Part shown: positions 41,885-52,104 of the stretch, piece by piece
How the letters are laid out: every line of letters begins with the position of its first letter
Numbering within the stretch: the first letter of the stretch is position 1
NCBI GenBank assembly: GCA_965218585.1
Contig: CBDCLE010000017.1
Span: 192,001-256,000, forward strand
DNA length: 64,000 nucleotides
Origin: Terriglobia bacterium
GTDB lineage: Bacteria; Acidobacteriota; Terriglobia; 20CM-2-55-15
Direction of reading: 5' to 3'
Program-made: the position numbers and the translations under genes
Notes under the pieces: generated by a model
Seen by the model: only the letters and a program-made list of their open reading frames with translations
Database searches by the model: none
Told to the model about the DNA's origin: nothing

Positions 41885-42471
41885 CTGCTGAGTTCTGAGT
41901 CCGTGTGATCTGCCCTGTTCAAACGAGCCCCGTTTACAAATGCTTGAAGTTGCCGATTCTATGAGAACCTGCAGAAAATCCAGCGCGTTTCCACCGCGGC
42001 CTGGAAGTCTTCAGCTTTCACACCTCAGACAACCCCGACGGCGGGTTTACTTACGAAACATTAACCAGTGGGATTTTTACTCGATTGGGGTCATAGAGCC
42101 AGTCGCCCCCGTCCCTGTAGACGTTGTCCACCTGACTCGCGTAGACCTTGTAGCCGAATCCGCCGTGGCCAATCTCGTACAGTTTGGTCTTGACGGCCGT
42201 GGTCCACACCGTATTTCGCTCCGCTTTGTCGACCTGAAGACTGTTGAGGCCCTCACAGAGGGCGCGCATGATTTCTAATTTCCCGGGCATCGCTAAACCC
42301 AACCCTTCATGGTCAAAGGCATGCGAGGTGAAGGAATGCAGCTTGAGCGCGTACGACGGCGGCAAAAAGGATTGACGCTGGACACCTCACCTTATCCATC
42401 CGGGTAGTTGACACTATCTATCCGCCTGCTACGATGTAAGAATAAGTAATATCAAATAAGACAGAGATGCC

Positions 42472-42768
42472 ATGCGAACACGGCAAACATTTACCATATC
42501 CCTCCCCGAGTCTATGGCCAAACAGGTCGAGGAGGCCATGAAGGCGGAACAGCGGACGCGCTCGGAACTCGTGCGGGAGGCACTCCGCACATACCTGAAC
42601 AAAAGCGTTCCCGTCGTTGCGGTTTCGAAGGCGGAACTCGCGGCTATCCGCCGCGGACGTGCCGAGATCGAGAACGGTGAATACGTAACGTTGGACGAAC
42701 TCCTCCATGGCCTGGCAGCTACTCATCGCAAGACAAGTCGCAAGAAAGCTCAAAAAGGTTCCGCATAA
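42472..42768 (+). CDS. RHH (CopG-like) antitoxin
   Basis: TFTISLP...RTRSELVREALR...GEYVTLDEL; TTGACA/TACGAT promoter upstream. Confidence 0.8.
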   Translation: MRTRQTFTISLPESMAKQVEEAMKAEQRTRSELVREALRTYLNKSVPVVAVSKAELAAIRRGRAEIENGEYVTLDELLHGLAATHRKTSRKKAQKGSA

Positions 42769-42964
42769 GGATCAGGAACGGATCGCGGAGGCCCTCGCCG
42801 AGATGCGCACGAGTCCGTTCCAAGGCGACATCGCGCGGCTCAAGAACGAGTCGGCCGCTTGGCGGCGTCGCGTGGGGAACTACCGGATCTTCTTCGATGT
42901 GGATGTGAAAGAACTGTTCGTTAATGTAACCGATATCCGGCGGCGGACAACGACCACGTATTGA
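42707..42964 (+). CDS. RelE/ParE-family toxin
   Basis: PFQGDIARLK...WRRRVGNYRIFF...DIRRRTTTTY. Confidence 0.85.
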   Translation: MAWQLLIARQVARKLKKVPHKDQERIAEALAEMRTSPFQGDIARLKNESAAWRRRVGNYRIFFDVDVKELFVNVTDIRRRTTTTY

Positions 42965-42965
42965 C

Positions 42966-43080
42966 TGTCCAACGTCAATCAAAATTCCTTCTGAACGACA
43001 ATCAAAATTCCCGCCGCATTGACTCATTGAAAATGTTACCGAACTGAGGATTGTTGCCTCATTAGAAATGTTACCCAACT
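42966..43080. repeat. Two pairs of direct repeats, probably stacked IS21/ISNCY-type termini
   Basis: aacg(t/a)caatcaaaattcc at 42971 and 42994; ctcatt(ga/ag)aaatgttacc(g/c)aact at 43023 and 43058. Confidence 0.55.
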
Positions 43081-43282
43081 CTATGAGAACGGAGGTGGGA
43101 AGTGAGGACACACATGACTGTTGCGGCAAGGCGAGAATTAGCTCTACGAACGGCGGTTCGCTACAAGAATGCGATATATCTGCGAAATGTACGTCTTTTG
43201 CAATAAGATTTGCAGCGCCATGGATCTGGACGCATGAAGCTCGGGTACGCGCCTTGTTTCCACATCCTGCGATTTCCCTTCG

Positions 43283-43383
43283 CAAATAGGCCGCAAAACG
43301 TTTTTCCTGAGTGCCTGGCGCCTTCGATTTGGCGCTCATGACCGGATGCTAACATAAAATAGGCCGTTTGTAACACAGTAGTA
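43283..43383 (-). mobile_element. IS701 left-end fragment
   Basis: About 100 bp nearly identical to 22454-22554. Confidence 0.9.
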
Positions 43384-44126
43384 GTCAATCCGTCCATCAG
43401 GTGCATAGCGCCGCAGACCGCTGTGCCGACCATTTCGTCAGGTTCGAGGCTTCGCAGACGATCGACAAATGTGTCAAAGGGGGCCGCTGCGTCTATCGGG
43501 CCTGGCACTGAGGACCGGATCAGCCTCCTCGCGCTCTGCTGCTTTGCAAATGAGACAAGAAAAACTGCAGGACCCTGCGGTCCGCTTAATTCAACGCTAG
43601 CAGGTTCGATATCCCAGTAGAAATCGACCTCTTGGGAAGGAGTGAGGGGGATTTCCTCACCAGACTCTGCCCGCACGACCTCTGCTAAGAGACCAGCTGA
43701 GAGCTCAGGGTTGATAACTTCAGCCGCAATCTGCCGTGCTGTGGAGAGCAGCCGATCCGCATTAACCTCTATTTGGATCTCAAGATCGAACATTCGGCTC
43801 CGTACCTGTTCCGCATTCAAAGCTTCAGGAGCCGCGGCCAGATAGGCACCGTACCAGGCAAGTGCGACGAGTTCGCGCCCTCCTGCTCTGTCTACTGCGA
43901 GTCCCAAGTTGTACATAATCCCGGACGAGTCGGGCGCATGGGACTGGGCCTCAGTGAAATACCGGACCGCGATATCCCACTGTTCACCTCTCACAGCCGC
44001 CGCGCCCCGAGCCAGGGCAGCCTCGGCTTCAGCTGGGAGCGTGCCCTGCGTCTGAACAGCACTCATGCCTACACCTGCGAATCCCACAATCAGCAGGACA
44101 AGCAGTACTCTAAATTTGGTGTTCAT
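43384..44126 (-). pseudogene. Secreted TPR-like protein, C-terminus cut by the IS701 fragment
   Basis: Signal peptide; ALARG..A..YF.EA...AP...YNLGLA...Y.AYLAAAP TPR pattern. Confidence 0.6.
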
Positions 44127-45859
44127 CGCACCTCCCCTGCCTGTGGCCTCTCGATGATCACGAGCCTCAAGTTCATGATGTCCACAAGCTCCCCTTCCGT
44201 CACGATTCGGTCTGGCGCATTCATGTCGAATTCCCAGGTCAAGCCGAGCAGATATCCCATTGCGTGGCGTAGTGCCAGCGCATTAGGGCTCCGCTTGTAA
44301 GCATCCTCAACGCTTTGGAACGCTGCTTCGAAATCACCCGTCCGGAGGCTTCGGTAGCTCTCGCCCAGTCTCGTGATCACTCCCGGTACGTCGAGCCATG
44401 AGGTGGCTGCGGACTGGATGCGATCAAGGCGCGATTGAATGCTTGCATCGGCTTCCGAGTCTTCACCGGCCAAGCGATCACGGAGGCGTTCGAGTTCACT
44501 CAGTAGGTCTGGCTCCACGTCACCGTCAGACTCAAGCCGGGCTATCGTGCCCGAAAGCATGGCCGCAATCTCAGCATCCTGTTGTGGATCGTTCTGGAGC
44601 ATCTCTAGGAATTCTCTCTCTACCGTTCTTTGGAACTCTAACTCGATTGCTTCGGTTATTGATGCGCTGGTCGCCTCGTCAATTCCAGCATCGCGCTCCT
44701 CAACCAGCGCCGCGATCTCCTGATACTGACTCTGCGCCTCCATCCGGCGAACTTCCGCGTAGATGCCCTTGGTATAGTTCAACGCATCCCAGATGGCCTG
44801 TTCCTTCTGTGGATCGAGTTCGTCGAACAATGCCCGCTCCAAGTAATCGATGCTGACTTCCCAGTTCTGGTTTCCGTACTCCAACGCGTCAAGGAGGACG
44901 TTTGTTCTGAACGAAGGATCCAGGGGTGCTCCGTTAGACGAGTCCGCTCCTCTCGCTGCAAGGGGATCGACGACGATCTCGCTTGGGTCCAGAAAAGCCA
45001 TCGGCACTGGTGCTGAATCCTGATTTCCCGGAGCGACGAGTCGGGTCCCAACGTCTACGAACTCCAATGGCTCGGCTGTCGCAGCCGGTGTCAATGCCAC
45101 AGCATCTGTGGCACGTCGATCCAGATCGGCAGTCACTTGTGTTGAAAGATCATCCATGATATTTGCGATGCGGTCTCTTGCGTTTTCCAAAGCCTGTCGC
45201 TCACGTTCCGTCCGTGCTTCAAGTGCTTCGAAGCGCGCAATCTCCTCTTCGAGCAGTCTGGCTTTTTCTTCCGCCTCTGCCGCTGCACGCGCTGAATCCA
45301 GCCCGGAAACGGATCTCGACGAGCTGGAACCGCACTGGGCCTGTAATTCCAGATAGGCTTCTATCGTTTCGATCATTTCCATCATCAGGCCCGCCGATCT
45401 TTCCTGTTCGTTGGCGAGCTGTCTGCTGAGACGGGCCAGGTTCGCTCCTCCCGGAATACCTCCGTTAACGACGGCAGCGTTCCGGTTGAATGAAGCCATG
45501 TCGAGGTGAGAAGTAAGCAATTCTTGTGTGAACGCGAGCTGCGAATCAACTCCTGTGGGGCCCGGGCAGCGGAAGTTCTGCATGTCGTTATTCCACACGG
45601 TAAGTGCACTTCGCAATGCAGCCTGAGTGTCCGCTTCAGCCAGCAGCCAAGCGCGCGCACCAGCCTCCCGATCACGTACGTTGTCGGCGCCGCCGCCGCA
45701 ATCCGGCGGGCAATAATGATTGCCTCCATTGAGATCGACCCAAATGTAACTTCCGTCTACTGTCGCCGCACCGGAATTGCCCACTTGTTCAGCGGCGGCT
45801 GCGGTGATGGGTAAGACGATGGCGAGGAAGAAAAACGCATGAACAGGATTTAGTCTCAT
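44123..45859 (-). CDS. Secreted hypothetical protein, 578 aa, helical/coiled-coil
   Basis: Signal peptide; long ORF with a 4-nt overlap to the next gene; no family recognised. Confidence 0.7.
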   Translation of the reverse strand: MRLNPVHAFFFLAIVLPITAAAAEQVGNSGAATVDGSYIWVDLNGGNHYCPPDCGGGADNVRDREAGARAWLLAEADTQAALRSALTVWNNDMQNFRCPGPTGVDSQLAFTQELLTSHLDMASFNRNAAVVNGGIPGGANLARLSRQLANEQERSAGLMMEMIETIEAYLELQAQCGSSSSRSVSGLDSARAAAEAEEKARLLEEEIARFEALEARTERERQALENARDRIANIMDDLSTQVTADLDRRATDAVALTPAATAEPLEFVDVGTRLVAPGNQDSAPVPMAFLDPSEIVVDPLAARGADSSNGAPLDPSFRTNVLLDALEYGNQNWEVSIDYLERALFDELDPQKEQAIWDALNYTKGIYAEVRRMEAQSQYQEIAALVEERDAGIDEATSASITEAIELEFQRTVEREFLEMLQNDPQQDAEIAAMLSGTIARLESDGDVEPDLLSELERLRDRLAGEDSEADASIQSRLDRIQSAATSWLDVPGVITRLGESYRSLRTGDFEAAFQSVEDAYKRSPNALALRHAMGYLLGLTWEFDMNAPDRIVTEGELVDIMNLRLVIIERPQAGEVR

Positions 45860-46050
45860 GGTTGGTCCCGTGTTCTGGTCGATAAAACCAATTGTTAGTT
45901 GAAGATACCTTGTGCGAACGATACCACGGTGTCGCTTGACAGAAAACGAAATTCAACCGAATGAGGGAGGGTCTGCCAGTGCGACAGAAGTACTAGAACT
46001 TAAGCACAGCAGAACTTTCGAGGACGCCTTACGAGTCATTGATTCTAAAG

Positions 46051-46122
<72 letters not shown>

Positions 46123-46212
46123 TTGAGTCGACGTCGAATCGAAATATAACGTCTCTGCAACGTGGTTGGCAAGGAGATCGGACGTGGAGTTGCCCTCAAG
46201 CATGGGGCCTTC

Positions 46213-46965
46213 CTATTGCTGCTGCCTGATCACCGCGCGGGCAAGACTCTGCGGATCAGGTCTGAGTTCGTCATCTCCCGTCGGCATCCCGCTGACAGAA
46301 AGGATGTATGCGACGACGTCGATGTACTCTTCGTCGGTCATGGAGCCCGGATTGTCTTGTGGCATCTTCGCCCGCGTGTATTCGAACAGTGTGGCAAGCG
46401 ACCTTCCCTCCCAGCTGCGGAGGAACGGCGCCCGCGCCAGAGGGGGCGTTGACACCATGTCCGGATCGTCCGGAGCGCCATTCAGGCGGCGGCCGTGACA
46501 CGAGCCACAGGCACCCGGATACACCACCTGACCCCGGTTCGCCTGTGCCTCGGTGAAGACCCCGTCCCAGACTGATGTCATCTGGTCGGTGCCCTCAAGC
46601 CCCCCCAGCACCGCGGCCACTTCTTCGGTCCCTGCGCTGCCGAAGTCGTTCTCCCATGCGTTGCGAACGTAGCTTGCCAGAGAGGAGATTTCCTCGACCC
46701 CCAGATCAGGGAATGGAGGCATCGTGCCCTGGCCCTGCTGGATATTCCTGACGATCTCGGCAGTGTCCTCGAGCCGGTCATTGCCCCTCAAGGCTGGGAA
46801 GGTTGGCGGATCCCCTGCGCCAGAGTCGCCGTGGCAAAGCGCGCAGTTGTCCTGGTAGAGTTGCTGCCCCTGTTCGAACAAGGCCGTGTCGGCCAGCTGC
46901 CCGGCAACGGCAACCGGGGCAATCACAAACGCAAGACCCAGAACACCCACCACAGTCTTCAGCAT
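46213..46965 (-). CDS. Diheme periplasmic cytochrome c
   Basis: Signal peptide; CALCH and CGSCH heme motifs with downstream MP Met ligands. Confidence 0.88.
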   Translation of the reverse strand: MLKTVVGVLGLAFVIAPVAVAGQLADTALFEQGQQLYQDNCALCHGDSGAGDPPTFPALRGNDRLEDTAEIVRNIQQGQGTMPPFPDLGVEEISSLASYVRNAWENDFGSAGTEEVAAVLGGLEGTDQMTSVWDGVFTEAQANRGQVVYPGACGSCHGRRLNGAPDDPDMVSTPPLARAPFLRSWEGRSLATLFEYTRAKMPQDNPGSMTDEEYIDVVAYILSVSGMPTGDDELRPDPQSLARAVIRQQQ

Positions 46966-47002
46966 CAGGCCTCCTCTCCCGATTCCGTGTCCGCTTAACG
47001 GA

Positions 47003-47947
47003 TCAGGACCAGACATCGGCATCGGAAAGCCCCGGGTCCAAGGCAAGCTCCGCCCTGATCGTCATGTCCGTCTTCATTTCGCCGTCGCTCCGAAAGGGGA
47101 AATAATTCTTTCCGGAAACAAAGAGTCTGTACTCGCCCTTCGGAACCCTCATCTCCGCCCGCCCGCGCTCGTCTGTGAAAGCTCTGTAGGGGTGAACAAC
47201 AACCTTGGCACCCTGGACCGGGGTCTGACTTTCCATGTCCACGGCTTCGATCGTCAAGACGCACTCAGGTGCCGGAACGACTCTCACACCGAAACTGGCG
47301 GCACACTCGGCGTGCGGGATTTGCTGGCCGGACGCCGACACCCTGGCTTCCCATGCATAGAGCCCTTCCGTGTCAGGGACTGTCAGGCTTACCTTCGTAT
47401 AGTAAAGTGCGGCGGTGTCGGTCCAGGCATCATCGCTCAATGTGCCGCTCGCCAGCTTTTTCCCATTGTGGTCGCGAACCTCGATCACCCAACCGTCGGG
47501 CCGGCACTCGGAGGAACACTTAACCCCGAGCTTGATGTCGAACTTGCCGCGGCATTCGATGGCTGACGGCACATCCCATGCGACGACACGAGTGCTGTGC
47601 GGTTTCACCGTGAATGAAAACGCAACCGACGTTTCCTCATGCGACATGTCTGGATTCGCATGTGCCGGGAATACGGCCAACCAGGTATAGGCACCCGGCG
47701 CCAGCGGTGCCTTCACGACGAACTCACCGGTCTCGTTGGTCTCACCGTCGAATTCGGTAAGCTCGATGCTCTTCGCCAGAGCGCCATCCTGGTCCCTGAT
47801 CAGGAGAGTTTTTCCCCGCAGGTCTCGGGACGGGGAACATGACACCGTGCCCTTCAGAGTGACGTCGGCACCGGCATCGACCTCACTGGCTGACACCTCG
47901 ACGCTGATTTCTTCGATCGTGCGCGTCATATCGTTTTGCGTAGCCAT
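47003..47947 (-). CDS. Hypothetical beta-sandwich (Ig/carboxypeptidase-regulatory-like) repeat protein
   Basis: Beta-rich, with internal repeats (APLAPGAYTW / VPDTEGLYAW) and PVQGAKV...TDERGRA. Confidence 0.6.
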   Translation of the reverse strand: MATQNDMTRTIEEISVEVSASEVDAGADVTLKGTVSCSPSRDLRGKTLLIRDQDGALAKSIELTEFDGETNETGEFVVKAPLAPGAYTWLAVFPAHANPDMSHEETSVAFSFTVKPHSTRVVAWDVPSAIECRGKFDIKLGVKCSSECRPDGWVIEVRDHNGKKLASGTLSDDAWTDTAALYYTKVSLTVPDTEGLYAWEARVSASGQQIPHAECAASFGVRVVPAPECVLTIEAVDMESQTPVQGAKVVVHPYRAFTDERGRAEMRVPKGEYRLFVSGKNYFPFRSDGEMKTDMTIRAELALDPGLSDADVWS

Positions 47948-47977
47948 GGACGATGACGTGTTCCGAACCCCACGTCA

Positions 47978-50059
47978 CTACTCGCCGGACGATTCTTTGG
48001 CGACATTCGTGCCGGCGATATAGCCATGGACGTGCCCCTTGCCCAGGCCATGCTTGTTGAAACCACCCACGGCCTCGCCTCCGGCGTAGAGACCAGCAAT
48101 GACCTGGCCCTGCATGTCCACCACCTGCTGCCGGCCGTTGACCCGCAGGCCTCCATAGGAATCGTGCCAGATCACCATGATCGAGAGCGCATAGAAGGGC
48201 GGAGTGGCAATGCGGTTCATTGGTGCATCCTCCTCGCGCCCGAATTCGGGATCCACGCCGGCATCCACATAGTTGTTCCAGGTGGCCACTGTCTCGGCCA
48301 GGTGGCTAAGCGGCATCCGCTGGAACTCATGGCCCGCAGCAATCTTTTCGGCCAGATCCTCGATGGTATCGGCCTGGAAGAAGTAGCCGTTGTCGGCCAC
48401 ATAGGGGTATCGAAGTTCCCACCCCGTACGCTCGACCGACTCCTGGTCGAAGATCGCCCAAAGCGGACCCGAGTAGTAGTCGGGAGGTTCGGACCCCTCA
48501 TTCATTGCCAGGGCGGCATCGAGGCCGTGGTCATAGTTGTACATCTCCCTGATCCACTCCTTGCTGCAGTTGCGCCAGTCGAGCGGTGTGTGATCGAGTC
48601 CCTCGCCTGGAGCGCCGCCGTCGCCGGGGTACCGGTTCAAACCAGGCCTGGTGGGAAGACGGACCTCACTGAAAAAACGTTTCCCGACCTGGTTCACGGC
48701 AATGAACTCTTCGAATCCCGCGTTGCCGACGTTGATGCCGGCGGAGCCCCGGAAACCGAAGGTCGGGTGACCGGGCATCATGGTGGTATATGCATCCCGG
48801 GTGCCTAGTCGTGTGGCGATGTGGAACGTCGTGGAATAGGAGATGTTCTGTTGCATCCCGGCCATGTTGGCACCGACTCTTAATCCTGCAGTCAGCGCGC
48901 TGGCGTCCTGACCCTGGGGGCCCTGCAGGGCCACACCGCTCGTCGGGAAAGCGGGCTCCCTCAAGGCGGGATAGAACATGCTGCGGACCTGGGGATTGCC
49001 CGCGTGACCGCCGCTGGCCAGAATGACCCCCTGGCGGGCTCTGACGTTCACCGTCTCCCGCCGCTCATCGACATTGCCGTTCTGCCAATAGCTCTGCATC
49101 AGCTCGCCAGTCTCAGGATGCTGCCGCGGCGAATAGTGGGCCCTGATCCCGAGAATTCTGCCCGAGAATGGCTGCTCACGCACGAGCTCGTCGAAACTGC
49201 GGTGAAGCATGAACCGGACGCCCTTTTCCCGGGCCGAAAACTCCAGGGGCCGGGCCAGCGCCACACCGTTACTTACGGCGCCCGGTGCGACCGTGCGCCT
49301 CGCGTCCGACATCTGCACCGGTGCAAACGCACTTGTACGTTCAGGATCGGCACGGCCAGCATCCTCTGCTGTGATCGTTCCCGCCTTCATGTCCGTCTTA
49401 TCACCCAGCATGAGGAAGCAGGTCGCCCCCCTGGCGCGCGACAGGCCTCCGCCGCCATGGGTGCCGTTGATCCGCGCAAACCGGACGTAGTTGTCCATCA
49501 GAAACTGCCGGGTGGGGGGGCAGTTCTCGGCCCAGGCACGTACAAGTTCCCGCTCGTTGTACCTGTAAGGGCTCTGGGCTTTGCGGTCGACGATAGACCA
49601 GTCGGTGACGTCGGTGAACAGGAGTTCGACATTGTCGTCGACTTCCTCCGGTTCCTCGAGTGGATCGACGGAGACGAACCCCTCCTGGTCGCTCTCGCCC
49701 TTCATGTCCCTCTGTTGGACCGGGTCTCCACCGCCGAGCGACACGAATGAACCACTGTGCAACATCCTGCCGCCAAGATCGAAATTCTGATCGATCACCA
49801 GCACACTGGCTCCGAGATCCGTAGCGCGAATGGCCGCAGTGAGGCCTGCACATCCGCCTCCCGCTATGACAACATCCACTTCATAGTCCCAGGAGATGCC
49901 TCGAGTCCCTGCGACCTGCGCCTGCGCCTCGCTTGAGGGGAACAGCGCGGCCGCTCCCAGGCCTGCCGCAGCTCCCTTCTTGACGAAATCCCGTCTGCTT
50001 AGATCATTCTTGTTCTGAAGCTTTGGATCGCTCTGCTTATCGTCAGGTTTCTTGCCCAT
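47978..50059 (-). CDS. Tat-exported FAD-dependent oxidoreductase (fumarate reductase flavoprotein/KstD-like family)
   Basis: SRRDFVK Tat motif, GGGCAG FAD motif, and GGLRVN...GLYAGGE. Confidence 0.88.
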   Translation of the reverse strand: MGKKPDDKQSDPKLQNKNDLSRRDFVKKGAAAGLGAAALFPSSEAQAQVAGTRGISWDYEVDVVIAGGGCAGLTAAIRATDLGASVLVIDQNFDLGGRMLHSGSFVSLGGGDPVQQRDMKGESDQEGFVSVDPLEEPEEVDDNVELLFTDVTDWSIVDRKAQSPYRYNERELVRAWAENCPPTRQFLMDNYVRFARINGTHGGGGLSRARGATCFLMLGDKTDMKAGTITAEDAGRADPERTSAFAPVQMSDARRTVAPGAVSNGVALARPLEFSAREKGVRFMLHRSFDELVREQPFSGRILGIRAHYSPRQHPETGELMQSYWQNGNVDERRETVNVRARQGVILASGGHAGNPQVRSMFYPALREPAFPTSGVALQGPQGQDASALTAGLRVGANMAGMQQNISYSTTFHIATRLGTRDAYTTMMPGHPTFGFRGSAGINVGNAGFEEFIAVNQVGKRFFSEVRLPTRPGLNRYPGDGGAPGEGLDHTPLDWRNCSKEWIREMYNYDHGLDAALAMNEGSEPPDYYSGPLWAIFDQESVERTGWELRYPYVADNGYFFQADTIEDLAEKIAAGHEFQRMPLSHLAETVATWNNYVDAGVDPEFGREEDAPMNRIATPPFYALSIMVIWHDSYGGLRVNGRQQVVDMQGQVIAGLYAGGEAVGGFNKHGLGKGHVHGYIAGTNVAKESSGE

Positions 50060-50371
50060 GTCTAGTCCTCCCCGGTGGCCGCTCGCGGTCAGTGACCAAG
50101 AACCACCACTCGAATGACTTTCGAACCAATTCTTCCCATTCAAGAAGGCTCCAAAAGCCGTGGCGCTTGGCCAGGGACTGGCTCATTTCTCAAAAACTGC
50201 AGTCGCTGTTCGTATCCGCGAGGATAGTCCATAAACGAGCGGTTTGCCCAAACTAAAAAACCAGAGGAAATGTCCACTCTGGCATCTCCTATCGTCGCGG
50301 CTTCGGTGTCGGGTGAGGGACGGTTTCCACGCCATTTGCGACGACTCGTTATTGGCGATGCTTGCAAACAG

Positions 50372-51184
50372 CTACCCAACACGAGGAAGCACACCGCCGG
50401 GACGGCCGTAGTGGGTCACGACATCGTCACCCACATCAGATGCATCGAAATCGGCGACGAACTTCTGATGGGAGCGGGAATAGTACAGGCATCCGAGTTC
50501 GTCCGCGGGGCGCGACCGGACAAAAACGTTCGCCTCATCCAGCGCTCCGCGCCACTTCGCTTTGAGAACCAACAGGTTGACCGGCTCGCGGAGCGAAAGC
50601 CGGTCGAAGTCCTGGGGTTGGTATTTGCCCCGTCGCTGTAACAGGTCGAGCAAGGCCAGGGGAGTGAAACCGGGATCCTTGCCCGCCGCGGCCCAGCACA
50701 ATGCACCGAGGGGCAGGATGTTATCGTTGGCTTCCAGCACATCCAGGAAGTCCCGGGCTTCATCCCTTCCGACCAGCGCCAGGACCTTGTTAATCGCCAA
50801 ATCGACAGGGTGCAGTTTATATCCGGCAATCTCGTTCTTTACGGGCGGAAGAAATCGCCATGCCGAATCGTGCGCCCATTCCACTCTGGTTTGCTGCCGG
50901 TCTTTCTCCACGATCGCTCGAATGTAGCCAGGCTGATTCATGTGCACCCGCAGCGTATATCCGGACGTTTCGAGCGACTCGCCGTCCTCTGCAAAGGCTG
51001 AAGCGACGCGTTCCTCAGAGTCGTGAAAATAGTCGAGATCGTTACTGTATCGCTTCGAGTTGGGCTCCAAATGGAGGGCAGAACCGCCAGCCAGATAGCT
51101 GTCGGGCGTGCGATTGTTCGACAGCAACTGTGCAATGCCCTGCTGGTATGACGTTAGCGGCAAAGGCGTGCTCCGATTTCCCAT
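50372..51184 (-). CDS. Nucleotidyltransferase, AbiEii/MenT-like type IV toxin
   Basis: YLAGGSAL, RYSNDLD and NKVLAL..RDEARDFLD motifs; start uncertain (51184 or 51163). Confidence 0.75.
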   Translation of the reverse strand: MGNRSTPLPLTSYQQGIAQLLSNNRTPDSYLAGGSALHLEPNSKRYSNDLDYFHDSEERVASAFAEDGESLETSGYTLRVHMNQPGYIRAIVEKDRQQTRVEWAHDSAWRFLPPVKNEIAGYKLHPVDLAINKVLALVGRDEARDFLDVLEANDNILPLGALCWAAAGKDPGFTPLALLDLLQRRGKYQPQDFDRLSLREPVNLLVLKAKWRGALDEANVFVRSRPADELGCLYYSRSHQKFVADFDASDVGDDVVTHYGRPGGVLPRVG

Positions 51185-51420
51185 CCGCGCCTGCCTCCGT
51201 GACGCATGAGCTGTTCCCCAATCCATTCGACATCGTTCAGTGTAGGCTTGTAGGTGGGGTCGAACGACCAGAAGCAAGACGCATGGAACTCGCGGAAGGC
51301 GCGGCGGGCCTCGCGTACTTTTACCATATCGCGCGCCGTGCCGCTGTCGAGTCTGCGACGGCTGGTGAGACCCCCACGACGTCCAATAGCTGCCAGATAT
51401 TTCTTGATACGATCCTCCAT
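51154..51420 (-). CDS. Small putative antitoxin
   Basis: 88 aa directly upstream of and overlapping the NTase; IGRRGG and CFWSFD motifs. Confidence 0.65.
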   Translation of the reverse strand: MEDRIKKYLAAIGRRGGLTSRRRLDSGTARDMVKVREARRAFREFHASCFWSFDPTYKPTLNDVEWIGEQLMRHGGRRGWEIGARLCR

Positions 51421-51455
51421 TTTTATAGCGTAACCTGCTTACGATATAAAATCAA
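51421..51455 (-). promoter_or_regulatory. Promoter with 13-bp inverted-repeat operator; likely leaderless
   Basis: TTGATT-17bp-TACGCT-6bp-ATG; arms ttttatagcgtaa / ttacgatataaaa (12/13 match). Confidence 0.65.
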
Positions 51456-51489
51456 TTAATACAGTGGTATAAGTAGGATTTCTGATAAT

Positions 51490-52104
51490 ATGGTTGTGAG
51501 TCGAGAACGGCCGATGCGCACCTCTCCCATCTACATCCTGGCAATGACGATGACGCTGCTCTCCGGCTGCGCGGAACGGCCGGTTCTGGAACTCCAGCAG
51601 ACGCGTGAAGCTGTTGCGGCCGCGCTGGATCAGGAAGCCGATATCTATGCGCCGACTGAGTTCGATATGGCTCAGTTCAATCTGGAGAGCGGGGAGTTTG
51701 CTGTCGCTGAGCAAGATGAGGCACCGTTCTGGGGGCGGAACTATTCGCAGTCGCTGGAATATCTCGGGCTGGCGTTTGAACAGGCCGAACAGGCTCAGCT
51801 GATAGCGGAGGCTAATAAGGCAGACGTTTTCGAGCAGGCAGCGGCTACTTTGCCTGAAGCGCGGGCTGTGTTTCAGAGCGCCTTCGAGGCGGTCGAAGCT
51901 GCGCGTACCGGTCCGGTCACATTCGGGCAGATACAATCGTTCGACGATGAGCTGGCCGGAATCTTTGCAACGTTGAACCAAGCTGAAGAGATCTATAACG
52001 AGGGCGATTACGCGGGCGCGTTTATCTTGCTACAGGAAGTCCAGGAAAGATCGGCGGCGTTAGAGTCGAGCGCGCGACTGATCGCGGAGCTTGCAGGTCA
52101 GTAG
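51490..52104 (+). CDS. Helical lipoprotein (DUF4398-like)
   Basis: Lipobox LLSGC; EADIYAPTEF..A motif. Confidence 0.65.
   Translation: MVVSRERPMRTSPIYILAMTMTLLSGCAERPVLELQQTREAVAAALDQEADIYAPTEFDMAQFNLESGEFAVAEQDEAPFWGRNYSQSLEYLGLAFEQAEQAQLIAEANKADVFEQAAATLPEARAVFQSAFEAVEAARTGPVTFGQIQSFDDELAGIFATLNQAEEIYNEGDYAGAFILLQEVQERSAALESSARLIAELAGQ

Noticed and set aside
41925-42290. Possible MITE (cccc...gggg ends) truncating a small ORF upstream of the sirtuin
   Set aside because: Terminal repeats match poorly and there is no TSD; the ORF fragment could not be assigned.
42719-43339. 206-aa minus ORF starting like the IS701 transposase
   Set aside because: Only the first 19 codons are IS-derived; the rest is read-through antisense to relE.
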